Of a stretch of 64,000 nucleotides of DNA, positions 1 through 11,404 are shown piece by piece. The first letter of the stretch is position 1. Every line of letters starts with the position of its first letter. Made by a program: the position numbers and the translations under genes. A model generated the notes under the pieces. That model did no database searches and had not been told where the DNA came from. It saw nothing but the letters and a program-made list of their open reading frames with translations. Source of the DNA: Octopus sinensis (lineage: Eukaryota); assembly GCF_006345805.1 (NCBI RefSeq), contig NC_042999.1:8494001-8558000 (forward strand). Direction: 5' to 3'.

Positions 1-244
1 CTCCATGTACGCCATGGAAGACCCCAGCATGTCGTCCAACGTGACCATTGAAGTCACCAGCCACAAAGATAAGGTCTCTGTCGTTCGTCAACGAGGTAGT
101 CTGCAGTAGAGTGTCATAGAATCGGTCTTTCTGTCCATCGGGTAGCCCCGACTGAGGAGCATAGGCTGATATAATGGTTGCTAAACTATGATGAAGCACT
201 AATCTAATCTTAAGTATTCTGTCACATACTCTGATTACCTCGTG
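1..244 (-). mobile_element. RTE-clade LINE fragment, AP-endonuclease coding region, 5'-truncated, runs off the left edge of the window
   Basis: Manual translation of the minus strand gives the stop-free frame HEVIRVCDRILKIRLVLHHSLATIISAYAPQSGLPDGQKDRFYDTLLQTTSLTNDRDLIFVAGDFNGHVGRHAGVFHGVHG, with the APE motifs SAYAP and GDFNGH. It is not in the ORF track. Confidence 0.9.
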
Positions 245-321
245 ATTTAAAAATAGTAATTTTCTAATTTATTGAAAACTATACATTTGGAACAGGAATT
301 TGGCAGCACCACCCCTGGCCG

Positions 322-382
322 AACAATTATTCTATGCTGATGAAGGGAAATAACCTGGAAATCATGATACACAGATATTGTT
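322..382 (+). ncRNA. Type I hammerhead ribozyme-like motif (slightly degenerate)
   Basis: CTGATGA at 337-343 and GAAA at 358-361. Stem II is AGG/CCT with an extra G. Stem III is the palindrome ATCATGAT with an AUA triplet. Stem I is TCTATG/CACAGA (5 of 6 pairs) plus AACAAT/ATTGTT. Confidence 0.6.
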
Positions 383-699
383 TTGAGCTGAGTTGGGGTG
401 CTAGATTCCCTTGTTCGAAAATATAAGGACACAGATCGTGTTGTATAAGCCAGCTGGAGATGATGTCTCCTGGGGCTAAATTACAGCAACATTCATCCTA
501 AACAAGGACTGCCATGTTATGTTGGCAAAAAATCTTTACTCCAAAGTACTGTTGTTCTAAATATCTCGTTGTGAGATTTAGAAATAGTAATCCTCTATGT
601 GTTGTTTTGCATTTATAATAAAATAGATTCTTTTCTTTTCATACAAACTATCGAATTTAATCCAAACACACTGTACACATTTGTGTGTGTGTGCATGTG

Positions 700-935
700 T
701 ATGTATGTGTGTGTGTGTGTGAGTATGTCTTCTTGACTTGGCATTGCATAATAGTTGTAAAAGAGTGTCACTGTCCTACCAGCAGTGTCATTCCAATATT
801 CTGTGTGAAACATGTTTACAACCTGGAAGTATGACCTTTCTTTGATTGGCCCCAAGAAGAGCCTTCAGCCATAGAAAATTTGCCTCTATGAATTCTGTGC
901 GACCCATGAAAGCATAGAAAAATGTGGAGATATAA
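700..935 (+). mobile_element. Diverged SINE-like element (3' part) ending in a GGT/GAT tail
   Basis: The 3' end ccttcagccatagaaaatttgcc...gacccatgaaagcatagaaaaatgtgga resembles the CCAACCCATGCTAGCATGGAAAG tail seen throughout the window. Confidence 0.5.
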
Positions 936-1134
936 TGGTGGTGGTGGTGGTGGTGATGATGATGATGATGGTGTTGATGATGATGGTTTTTAATTCATGA
1001 GGATGATGATGACAATGATGATGATGATGATGATGGTGGTGGTAGTGGTGGTGGTGGTGGTGGTGGTGGTGATGATGATGACAACGATGATGGTGTTGTC
1101 AATGTTGACAATGTTTTTGATGATGGTGGTGATA

Positions 1135-1173
<39 letters not shown>

Positions 1174-1224
1174 GTGATAATGATGATGATGATGATGATG
1201 ATGATGATAGGGATGATGACGGTA

Positions 1225-1257
<33 letters not shown>

Positions 1258-1320
1258 GGGATGATGACGATAGTGATGATGATGATGATGATGAGGGTGT
1301 TGATAATGGTGATGATAGAT
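934..1320. repeat. Compound (GAT)n/(GGT)n microsatellite
   Basis: Visible directly; it accounts for the poly-M/V/S ORFs. Confidence 0.95.
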
Positions 1321-2267
1321 ACAGCAATTATTGTTGCTGTCAGTTTTTCTCTCTGTCTCGCATCCCTCTCCTCACTTATTTCCCTCTTCAGTGTTGCTCT
1401 CCATTAATAACTCTCAGTTTCCTTCTCTGCAAAATGTTTCTTCTTCTTTCCTTTTTTTTTCTTTTCTCATGCCGAATGAAAAACGTTTCTAAACATACAT
1501 GCGTGCTCTTTAGATATTCACCTTTTTGATTATAATGTCTGGCATAGCTTGCTTTTATTTCCTTGTTGGTCTGGAATTACATGAACCAATCTATCAAAGA
1601 CCTGTCATTATCATATACCAAGTTTGGTAAGAACTTAGAATATTTCCGTGTTGATGCACAAGTCACAACATATCACTCTGTGATTATTGCTAGTTATTCC
1701 TCTTCTCCAAAACTCACATAACCAAAAAGGAATCGGCCAAATTCTGTCTTTTCCTTGATTATACAGACGGCTGTTTACATTAGTATCTTGTTTAATAACT
1801 TTATTTGGGTAGAAGTTTTCTGTGGCTGGTCATTGATTTTATGGAAATGAAATCAGATCTGACTAGTTTCTGATTCCCAGCCAGAAATTATAAACCATTG
1901 TTGGTTTTTATATTGGTTGAAATTGTTTGTTTTTTTTTTTGTTTTTTTTTTTAAATTTTGCCAAATATTTTTCATCGATTCATTCTTTTTCACTTCCTTT
2001 GTTCTTTAATATTATTGAGAGTTCCACTTTGGTTTTGCCCTTAGTTTAATCTTTACCATTTCTGGTCCTGAAACTCGGGCAGTATCAGTCTTTGCAGATG
2101 TGGACCTATTTTGCTTCACTACGGTGATTGGTTTGTTATTTCTGGTGTTATTTTCTTGTTTATTCTATTGTATGGAAGATGTGGCACAAGGGTCGTGTTA
2201 TTGAGTTTTGTCTTTTTGTATTTCGTTTGCAACATTCTTGATGTGAAGTCATCAGTTGAAACAAATC

Positions 2268-2485
2268 TTGTTGTGTCTTGGGAGGGTCATTACATCAATA
2301 ATGAACACAAACATTGGTTCAAATTCACTTCTTTATTATTAGTCAATTGTTTAGTTATTTAAGCAACTAACTGACTACTTGTTTAATCCATCAGTTAACT
2401 AATAATGGACAAATGATAAAAGAAGTGAAACAGAACCAGTGCATGTGTTTATTATTGGCGTAATGATGCTCCCAAGATACAACAA
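2268..2485. repeat. Imperfect fold-back (about 80-bp inverted arms), MITE-like or Penelope-like end
   Basis: ttgttgtgtcttgggagggtcattacatcaataat...cacttctttatt is the reverse complement of gataaaagaagtg...ggcgtaatgatgctcccaagatacaacaa. Related sequence occurs at about 23010-23085. Confidence 0.7.
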
Positions 2486-3508
2486 AAATTATTTCATTGA
2501 GATTTGATCATTTAGGAATGTGTGTTATGTGAACCGTGTTATTTCAGTAATTCTTCACCATATCATGGTTCACTTATCATGGTTTATTATTTAAGTTTAC
2601 ATCGATTCCTCCATAGTGTCATTTTGCACTTATAATAAAACTAGCAGCTTGGGTTTGTTTTGACCCTTTAGAATTGGAATGTTTGAAAAGTAAAACTTTT
2701 GCATTATGTAGCTTGTTATTCTCTTTGAGTGAACATTTTTCTGGTTGAAATACACCGAAAAATGGCGATACAGCAGTAAAAAAATCATAAAAAATAGGGA
2801 TTTTCATAGAAAAAAAGCACCTTTTTGATGTAAATAATTTTTGGTGTTAACATGGTCCAATTTGAATTTTTTCTTCTATGGAAGGAAGAGCAAGCCTTCT
2901 TTTATCATACCCTCAATTTTGGTCAACTTGCGCTGCAGGGTCTTGGAGGAAATAGTGTAAGTTGAAGGCTACCAAACCTGCCATACACAGACAACTTCAG
3001 CTTTATATATAGAGAGATAAATATATACAAATTATGAAAATAATCTTTTAAGAATATACAGTACAGTACTGTTTCTACTTTGTGGATTTTCACCCATTGC
3101 GGGAGGTTCTGGAATGTAACAGCCATGATAGTTGAGGGATTAATACATATTGAATGGCATTTGTGAGAAATGTGTGTTATTCATAAAGCGTGTCCAGTCA
3201 TGCTAGTGAACATATGACTTCTATAGGAAACAGGCTGTACTGAACACAACTTTTGTTTTAAATATGTAATTTTGTAATCTCTGCTATGGTTTGTGTGTTT
3301 CCATTCATAATTTTTCTACAGCATACCTAGTGTTTCAATTATCATTCTTTGTGTGTTAACATTTCTTCACCACATTTCTTCATCTCAGTGTCAATATCCT
3401 TGTGGTTTGGCAGTTTCTTTTATTTCTTTCCATGCAATGTTTTGGTTAGAAGGAATCAGAATGTCTATGAGCATGGGAATATTTTAATTCTAGTTCTTGA
3501 GTATTACT

Positions 3509-3925
3509 TATTTCTTTACTGTCCACAAGGGGCTAAACATAGAAGGGACAAACAAGGACAGACAAAGGGATTAAGTCGATTACATCAACCCCAGTGCTTA
3601 ACTGGTACTTAATTTATTGACCCCGAAAGGATGAAAGGCAAAGTTGACCTCGGAAGAATTTGAACTCAGAATATAAAGACAGACGAAATACCTATTTCTT
3701 TATTGGCCACAAGGGGCTAAACACAGAGAGGACAAAGAAGGACAGACAAACAGATTAAGTTGATTACATCGACCCCAATGCTTTACTGGTACTTAATATA
3801 TCGACCCCGAAAGGATGAAAGGCAAAGTCAACCTCGGCGGAATTTGAAATCAGAACATAAAGACAGACGAAATACTGCTAAGCATTTCGCCCAGCGTGCT
3901 AACGTTTCTGCTAGCTCGCCGCCTT
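3509..3925 (-). mobile_element. tRNA-derived SINE family B, head-to-tail dimer
   Basis: The minus-strand head has A-box-like TGGCAGAAACG (this copy TAGCAGAAACG) and B-box-like GTTCAAATTC motifs, and the body GCCTTTCATCCTTTCGGGGTCG...AAGTACCAG occurs twice. Confidence 0.85.
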
Positions 3926-4112
3926 GCTCTTAATTATTACCATATATGGGTGGGTTACCTTTGGTCTTGTCAGTTTGGATGTGTGTACCCAGGTGATCGA
4001 CATTTTCTCTTCCTTTTGTATTTCTGTAGCTTTTGTAATTAAACATTGGTCCCTTGCAGCTGGAATGTCCCCACAGAATGTAGAATCTTTTGGCATTTCT
4101 TTCAAATACTTA

Positions 4113-5402
4113 CGAGGGGCGTTTAATAAGTAATGCCCCTGACCCACTTCCCATACCAGTAGAGCAACGGAACTTGGCACAGTTATTGGTCTTTTTCTAC
4201 TTAGGAATCACTCAGAGTTACGCATCTCTCCCATCGTTTGATCCAGCTCTGGAGACCGTTTTTGTAAAAGACCCCAGCTTGGTCCTCTATCCACGACGTG
4301 ACTTTAGAAATCAAGGCTGCATCATCTGGGAAATGCTTTCCTTTCAAAAACAACTTCATGGCTGGGAAGAGGTGAAAATCAGAGGGAGCAAGGTCAGGAG
4401 AGTAGGGGGGTGGGGGAGGAGTTCATAGCCGCACGCCTGTGCTTCTGATCTGGCGACACGCGAGTTGTGGACCGGAGCGTTGTCCTGCAGGAGGAGGATG
4501 CCTTGGCTGATCTTGCCCCGCCTCTTGATTTTGATAGCTTCTCTTAATTTCCTCAAAAGTGAAGCATAATAGGCTCCTGTAATTGTGGTACCCTCTGCCA
4601 GGAAATCTATCATCACTACTCCGTCCTGGTCCCAGAAGACTGAGCATGACCTTGCCAGCAGAGGGCTGCACCCTTGCCTTCTTTGGAGGAGGTGAGTCAC
4701 GGTGCTTCCACTGCATTGACTGGGCTTTGGTCTCTGGATCATAGTGATGGACCCAGGTTTCATCCTGTGTAATCAGTCTTTTGAAAAAGTTTGTCTCATC
4801 TTCTTGGTACGTCTCCAACTTCATCCTCGAGCACTCGACGCGTTCTTGCTTCTGGAAAGGTGTGAGCAACCTGGGAATCCATCTGGCAGACACCTTTTGC
4901 ATATGCAAATGGTCATGAATGATAGTTTCCACTGACACGGTACTAATCTTGACCTCATGGGCTATTTGGCGAATAGTTATGCGTCGATCTTCCAAAATGG
5001 CAGCCTCAACTTGACGGACAGATGCCTCATCAATGACAGAAGGGGGTCGACCAGATCTGGGAGCTGTTTCCACAGAGTTCCGACCGTTTTTGAATTCACG
5101 ATGCCAGCGTTTTACAAGGTCATATGATGGGGCATCATCACCATAAGTTACTTTCATTTCATCAAAAGTCTCCCGTGGTGTGCGTCCTTTCAAATACAAA
5201 AACCGGATCACTGCTCGACACTCAACAGGCTCCATTTCACACTTGACTCAGTTCAAACACCTGTAAATCAGAAACCATAATAAGTTCAGAGCTGTAATTT
5301 GCCACCTAATCTATAGAGATATAAGTAATTGCACCTGCAAAATTTCAACTAAATCAAACACCTGGAAGTGGGTCAGAGGCATTACTTATTGAATGTCCCT
5401 CG
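4113..5402 (-). mobile_element. Full-length mariner transposon (1290 bp)
   Basis: 39-bp TIRs at 4113-4151 and 5364-5402 with 4 mismatches, TA dinucleotides at 4111-4112 and 5403-5404, and an internal transposase. Confidence 0.95.
4183..5235 (-). pseudogene. Mariner DD34D transposase with two frameshifts and one premature stop
   Basis: HTH N-terminus, WIPRLL, ITQDETW, QDNAPVH and YSPDLAPSD with 34 residues between the last two Asp. Frameshifts fall near 4650 and in the G/C run near 4405, with a TAA at 4201-4203. Confidence 0.92.
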
Positions 5403-5423
5403 TAATTCTCTTATCTATAGATT

Positions 5424-5850
5424 TATTCTTACTCTTTTACTCTTTTACTTGTTTCAGTCATTTGACTGTGGCCATGCTGGAGCACCGCCTTTAGTCGATC
5501 AAATCGACCCCAGGACTTATTCTTTGTAAACCTAGTACTTATTCTATCTGTATCTTGCTGAATCACTTGGTTACGGAGACGTAAACACACCAGCATCAGT
5601 TGTCAAGCGATGGGGGGGGGGGACAAACACAGACACACAAACATTTACACACACACACATACATACATACATATATACATATATATTATATATATATATA
5701 CATACGACGGGCTTCTTTCAGTTTCCGTCAACAAAATCCACTCACAAGGCTATAGCAGAAGACACTTGCCCAAGGTGCCATGCAGTGGGACTGAACCCGG
5801 AGCCATGTGGTTCGTAAGCAAGCTACTTACCACACAGCCACTCCTACGCC
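5424..5850 (-). mobile_element. tRNA-derived SINE family A (CORE-like central block), full length
   Basis: Head GGCGTAGGAGTGGCTGTGTGGTAAG...GGGTTCAGTCCC, then CCTTGGGCAAGTGTCTT, an internal (TA)/(TG) run and a (GAGTAAAA)n tail. Confidence 0.9.
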
Positions 5851-6289
5851 TGTTTGTTTTGTTCATTTAATTCAATTTTGCAGATTTTGTTGTTTGCTGC
5901 AAACCTCTTTGCATTTGCTAGGGTGTTTGCTCTAGCATTTTCCTCTGAGGTATTTTTACCCCCCCATTGCTCATATGTCTCCATATAACATGAGTTCACG
6001 GGATCAATGGAAACTTCAATGAAGTCCAGTATTCTCCTTTAATTTAAATTTTATTCTGGAGGTTTCCATAAAGAGGAAAACCTTTCTCTTTGGTGATTGA
6101 AATAAGCTGATACAATGAAATTAATCATTGTCTGTTTTGCCATTCAATTTATTTCATAGAATTGTTGATTTATTTTTTTAACAAAATGGTGTCGGTTATG
6201 ATTGAAGATTATTTGTTTTGTTTCTTTGTTGCTTTGATTGTTTTTGTTTGAGTTGTTTGAACATATAAAACCTTAAACTACGTGTTTAA

Positions 6290-6410
6290 TAATGGTTTCA
6301 AATTTTGGCACAAGGCCAGCAGTTTAGAGGATGGGGTCAAGTCAATTGACCCCATTATTCAACTGGTACTTACTTTATCAACCCTGAAAGAATGAAAGGC
6401 AAAGTTCATT
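6290..6410 (-). mobile_element. SINE family B-related 3' fragment
   Basis: Contains ctggtactta...ccctgaaagaatgaaaggcaaag. Confidence 0.6.
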
Positions 6411-6422
6411 ACTATCATAATC

Positions 6423-6423
6423 T

Positions 6424-6464
<41 letters not shown>

Positions 6465-6763
6465 GGTGGGGGTGGTGGTGGTGGTGGTAGTAGCAGTAGT
6501 AGTTGTTGTTGCTGTTGTAGTTATTATTAGTAGCAGCAGCAGCAGTAGCAGCAGCAATAATGGTATACATTGAGGTATTGAAGGTATATCATGGCAGAAG
6601 AAGCGGTAGAGCAACCAATGAAATTCCTGGCAATGTTTAGATTCACATTTTTTATTTTTTCACAATTCAGACAAAAATAAAAGTTAAGTATTTTTCTGGA
6701 ACTATTCAATCAATTATTTTCCATTTCTATAGATTTATAGCCATAAACTATTATAAGAAATTG

Positions 6764-6794
<31 letters not shown>

Positions 6795-6813
6795 TCTCAT
6801 CATTATTATTGTT

Positions 6814-6844
<31 letters not shown>

Positions 6845-7138
6845 TTGTTGCTGTTATCATCATCATTATTACTATTATTGTTGTTATTATTATTATTATT
6901 ATTGTTGTTGTTGTTGTTGTTGTTGTTGTTTGCTGCTGTTGTTGTTCTTATTGTTGTTGTTATTATTATTGTTGTCATTATTGTTGTTGTTGTCGTTTTT
7001 GTTGTCATTGTTGTTGTTGTTGTTATTATTATCATTATTATTGATATATCATTATTATTATTATTATTATCATTATTATTATTATTATTATTGTTGTTGT
7101 TATTATTATTATTATCATTATTATCATTATTATTATTA

Positions 7139-7170
<32 letters not shown>

Positions 7171-7430
7171 GTTATTATTATTATTATTATTTATTATTAT
7201 TGTTGTTGTTGTTGTTGTTTGCTGCTGTTGTTGTTCTTATTGTTGTTGTTATTATTATTGTTGTTATTGTTGTTGTTGTCGTTTTTGTTGTCATTGTTGT
7301 TGTTGTTGTTGTTGTTATTATTATCATTATTATTGATATTATCATTATTATTATTATTATATTATCATTATTATTATTATTATTATTGTTGTTGTTATTA
7401 TTATTATCATTATTATCATTATTATTATTA

Positions 7431-7462
<32 letters not shown>

Positions 7463-7500
7463 GTTATTATTATTATTATTATTTATTATTATTATTATTA

Positions 7501-7553
<53 letters not shown>

Positions 7554-7610
7554 GTTGTTGTTGTTGTTGTTATTATTATTATTATTTCTATTACTATTAT
7601 TATTGTAAGA
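6423..7610. repeat. Compound trinucleotide microsatellite field (TAG/GGT/CAT/TAT/TGT) with a roughly 290-bp internal duplication
   Basis: The marker tttgctgctgttgttgttcttatt recurs at about 6928 and about 7218. Confidence 0.9.
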
Positions 7611-7814
7611 AAACTAAAGCTGTCAGTTTTGCAGTTTCAGTTTTATAGAAATCAATAATAATTAGTATTCGGTAAGCAATTCAATTTATTTTAGCCACAT
7701 TTCTTAGAAAATATTTTTATTTCATTTTATTTTATTTTTTTGTTTTGTTTTGTTTTGTTTTGTTCTGGCTGGGAAAAATTAACAAATATTATTTTTATTT
7801 TCATTTCAAATTTA

Positions 7815-8130
7815 CCTTCATCATCATCATCATCATCATCACCACCACCACCACCACCACCACAACCACCACCACCATCATCATCATCATCACCACTCCC
7901 ACCACCATCATACTCAATATCATTATCATCACCACTACCACTACCACCACCACCATCATCATCACCACCACCACCACCACCATCATCACCACCACCACCA
8001 CCATCATCACCACCACCACCACCACCACCACCACCACCACCACAACCACCACCACCAATACCACAACCACCACCACCACCACTACCACCACCACCACCAC
8101 CACCACCACCACCGCCATCATCATCATCAT
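7815..8130. repeat. (CAT)/(CAC) microsatellite
   Basis: Visible directly. Confidence 0.95.
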
Positions 8131-8530
8131 CGTTAGCATCTGGGTGGGTACAGTGGCAGTAAGGGAAGAAAAGGGATATTGGAAAGTACCCAGAGGTAGG
8201 AGGAGGAGGAAGAGTAGAGGCTGAATGCTGTAAAGCATCCTTCTGAAGTCTTTTTATTGTTCCCCAAATTCTTCAGCTACCACAAGATACAATGCCATCA
8301 CCTTTATTACCATCCTCATTGAAGACAGTAATGCAGCTTCTTAGAAGTCATCAATCAGCCTGAGGAATGAAGTAGGCTGATCGTCTTTGAGAAATTCTTG
8401 AGAAACCATATAATTCCAATGCTAAACTCTCATGACAGAATAACTTTATCATGAAGACGGAATGGTTAAAGGTAGCAAGACCAAGAGAAGTCTCCACATG
8501 ATCAGATAAATCCATGCTACATGCAAAAGA

Positions 8531-8865
8531 CTACAAAATACTCATGCAGCCTTCCATACTTATCTGTTCTCTTCCTCCATGTGCTCTCTTCATGTATAAG
8601 CGATCAGTGTCAACACATGGATGATGAGCTCCATGCATTGTTAGGAGCTTTCTTGACTTCCTGTTCATCTCCTTTAGCTCCTTTTCCGTCCACTTCAGGA
8701 TTACGGTGCCATACTGAATGACAACGACGGCACACAAGTTGGTTACCAAAATTATGTTTCGGGCATTCAGCTTTGAAGCCAATATTTTTCTCACTCGCCA
8801 CAGGTACTCTCTTTTTGTCTTTTCCTTCATGTCATTGAGTTTGATTCCATCTGCCTCAAATCCAT
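8531..8865 (-). mobile_element. R4/Dong-clade LINE, reverse-transcriptase C-terminal fragment
   Basis: EADGIKLNDMKEKTKREYLWRVRKILASKLNARN...MNRKSRKLLTMHGAHHPCVDTDRLYMKRAHGGRE matches the pattern typical of R4/Dong RT C-termini (recognised from memory, not searched). Confidence 0.8.
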
Positions 8866-8912
8866 CTGCATCATCATCATCACCACCATCACCACCACCA
8901 CCATCATCCTCC

Positions 8913-8971
<59 letters not shown>

Positions 8972-8974
8972 TTC

Positions 8975-9292
8975 ATTATTATTCAGTAGTCTTTTTTTTA
9001 TAGCGTGCTTTCACTTCACTACCGAGCGCAGCTCTGTGTGCCTTGGGTATGTGCTGTGATTTGTTGTGATGCTCTGATGGCTACTGTATTGAAAGTGTTC
9101 TGCGTAGGATGTGTGCAGTGCCCAGTAGTGCAATTTTCTGTATGTTATATGTGTTTGTAAGTCCTGGAGTTTTTATTATGTATTTGCCTGAATATTTTTT
9201 TATCATACCTAATGCACCTACTATGATAGGAATTGTTTCTGTTTTTAGGCTCCACATTCGAGTTACCTCTATTTCCAGGTCTTTGTATTTTG
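8975..9292 (-). mobile_element. R4/Dong-clade LINE 3' end (restriction-like endonuclease C-terminus plus 3' UTR)
   Basis: The minus strand reads KYKDLEIEVTRMWSLKTETIPIIVGALGMIKKYSGKYIIKTPGLTNTYNIQKIALLGTAHILRRTLSIQ*, followed by a UTR ending ACTACTGAATAATAAT. Confidence 0.88.
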
Positions 9293-9842
9293 TTATTATT
9301 ATTATTGTATTTTGCTATTATTATTGTATTATTATTATTGTATTTTGTTATTATTATTGTATTATTATTATTGTATTTTGCTATTATTATTGTATTATTA
9401 TTATTGTATTTTGTTATTATTATTGTATTATTATTATTGTATTTTGCTATTATTATTGTATTATTATTATTGTATTTTGCTATTATTATTGTATTATTAT
9501 TATTGTATTTTGCTATTATTATTGTATTATTATTATTGTATTTTGCTATTATTATTGTATTATTATTATTGTATTTTGCTATTATTATTGTATTATTATT
9601 ATTGTATTTTGTTATTATTATTATTATTGTATTATTATATTGTATTTTGTTATTATTATTGTATTATTATTATTGTATTTTGCTATTATTATTGTATTTT
9701 GCTATTATTATTGTATTATTATTATTGTATTATTATTATTATTGTATTTTGCTATTATTATTGTATTATTATTATTGTATTTTGTTATTATTATTGTATT
9801 ATTATTATTGTATTATTATTGTATTATTATTATTGTATTTTG
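9284..9842. repeat. 33-bp minisatellite (about 17 units) at the 5' junction of the Dong fragment
   Basis: Unit tattattattgtattattattattgtattttgc, which gives the 11-aa periodicity in the ORF track. Confidence 0.85.
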
Positions 9843-9939
9843 CGCCTTACTTAAAATAGCCATAGAATTTGAACTCGTTTCATCTGACTTTGTACATTTA
9901 AATTATAATAAAGTGTTATTAGAATATTAAATGGAAAGT

Positions 9940-10338
9940 CTTTTTCAATCTAGGCACAAGGCCCGAAATTTTGGGGAGGGGGCCAGTTGATTAGATTTAA
10001 CCCCAGTATGCAACTGGTACTTAGTTTAGCAACCCCGAAAGGATGAAAGGCAAAGTCAACCTCAGTAGAATTTGAACTCAGAACGTAAGGACAGACGAAA
10101 TACCTATTTCTTTACTAACCACAAAGAATTGCACACAGAGGGGACAAACAAGGACAGACAAGGGAATTAAGTCGATTATATCGATCCCAGTGCGTAACTG
10201 GTAATTATTTAATCGACCCCGAAAGGATGAAAGGCAAAGTCGACCTTGGTGGAATTTGAACTCAGAATGTAACAGTAGACGAAATACTGCTAAGCATTTC
10301 ACCTGGCCTGCTAATGTTTCTGCCAGCCTCGCCGCCTT
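9940..10338 (-). mobile_element. SINE family B heterodimer
   Basis: A full unit at about 10100-10338 followed by a headless unit carrying a different tail. Confidence 0.8.
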
Positions 10339-10423
10339 ATATTAATTGGAAAGTAAAAATGAGTGAATTCAATATTAATCAGGTGAATATATTGGTTCAT
10401 TTGTTTAAATATGTAGACTCTTC

Positions 10424-10646
10424 ATATGGCATAGAGGTTAAGAGTGCGGGCTACTAACCCCAAGATTCCGAGTTCAATTTCAGTCAGTGACCTTAATAAT
10501 AATAACATCAAAAAATACCTTAGGAATGAGAACCCAGTTTCGAAATTTCCCCAAGACACCTGATGAAGGCTGGAGGGTATATCAGCCGAAACGTTGTGTT
10601 AACAACAAACAAGATGAGGACAAATATCCGTCAAATGTAAATAATG
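10424..10646 (+). mobile_element. tRNA-headed SINE-like retroposon carrying a hammerhead ribozyme motif
   Basis: A-box-like TGGCATAGAGG (10427) and B-box-like GTTCAATTTC (about 10472), an (AAT)n linker, the HHR and a TGTAAATAA tail. It is flanked by the 14-bp direct repeat TATGTAGACTCTTC at 10410-10423 and 10647-10660. Confidence 0.85.
10555..10600 (+). ncRNA. Minimal type I hammerhead ribozyme motif
   Basis: GACAC-CTGATGA-A-GGCTG-(10-nt loop)-CAGCC-GAAA-CG-TT-GTGTT: stem I 5 bp, stem II 5 bp, palindromic ACGT stem III and a GUU triplet. Confidence 0.8.
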
Positions 10647-10821
10647 TATGTAGACTCTTCTTTTGTTTGAGTTTATGGACTTGTGCTGGATATGAATGGT
10701 GTATATTTGTATCTGACTGAATAAGTATAAATGAAAGCGTGTCTATCGTAAATAGGAGACAAAAACTAAAGCTACTGTACAGGTGCATTTGTTGTCCCTT
10801 ACTGTCCCCTTTGTCACTTAC

Positions 10822-10906
10822 GAAGACAAGTGCTTCAAAAGTTTCATAAAACACTCAGAGCTGGATGAATCGTAAGCAAAGTTCCCTGCTTTCTTTTGCG
10901 AACTGT
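10822..10906 (-). CDS. Candidate internal exon of the minus-strand gene
   Basis: Bounded by CAG and GTAAGT. The only open frame is phase 1, (D)SSQKKAGNFAYDSSSSECFMKLLKHLS, which is phase-compatible with the 18343-18420 exon and weakly resembles a CH2 segment. Unverified. Confidence 0.35.
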
Positions 10907-11154
10907 CTGTATATTCAATGAGAGATATCTTGGAGTTCTAGATATCCAAATTCTTTACAGTAATGGTGTGAGGAATATAATTTTGGCCCTTAAAGACTCT
11001 CAAGATATTTAAATCCTAATTCCTAATTCTAACTTTGATATCCTTATCAGAAGCAATGTTGTTGACCCCAAAAGCAATGTCTGATCCCAAATCTACCGAG
11101 AAGATTCTAATACTGATTTCCACCACTGTTTCTTGTCTTATTTGTCTTTTATTC

Positions 11155-11400
11155 ATTTACCGGCTTCAGTCATTAGACCGTGGCCATACTGGGGCACTGC
11201 ATTGAAGAATTTTTAGTCAAACAAATTGATTCCAGTGGGTTTTTTTATTTTTAAAGCCTGGTATGTATTCTACAGTTCTCTTTTGCTGAATGAGTAAATT
11301 ACTGAGACATAAACAAACCAACCCCGGTTGTCAAGCAGTGGTGGGGGACAAACACTGACACAAAGACACACACTCACACACACACACATATGGACGGGCA
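11155..11400 (-). mobile_element. SINE family A 3' half (diverged)
   Basis: Contains cagtcatt...ggccatactgggg...gttgtcaagc...gacaaacac. Confidence 0.7.
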
Positions 11401-11404
11401 AAAT

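Noticed and set aside
2590-3018. Possible Helentron/HINE-like non-autonomous element ending agctttatatatagagagat
   Set aside because: Single copy in the window, and I could not define the 5' end or subterminal repeats.
10427-10490. Genuine tRNA genes at SINE heads (also 59780-59856)
   Set aside because: No complete cloverleaf or acceptor stem, and they are continuous with SINE bodies inside TSDs.
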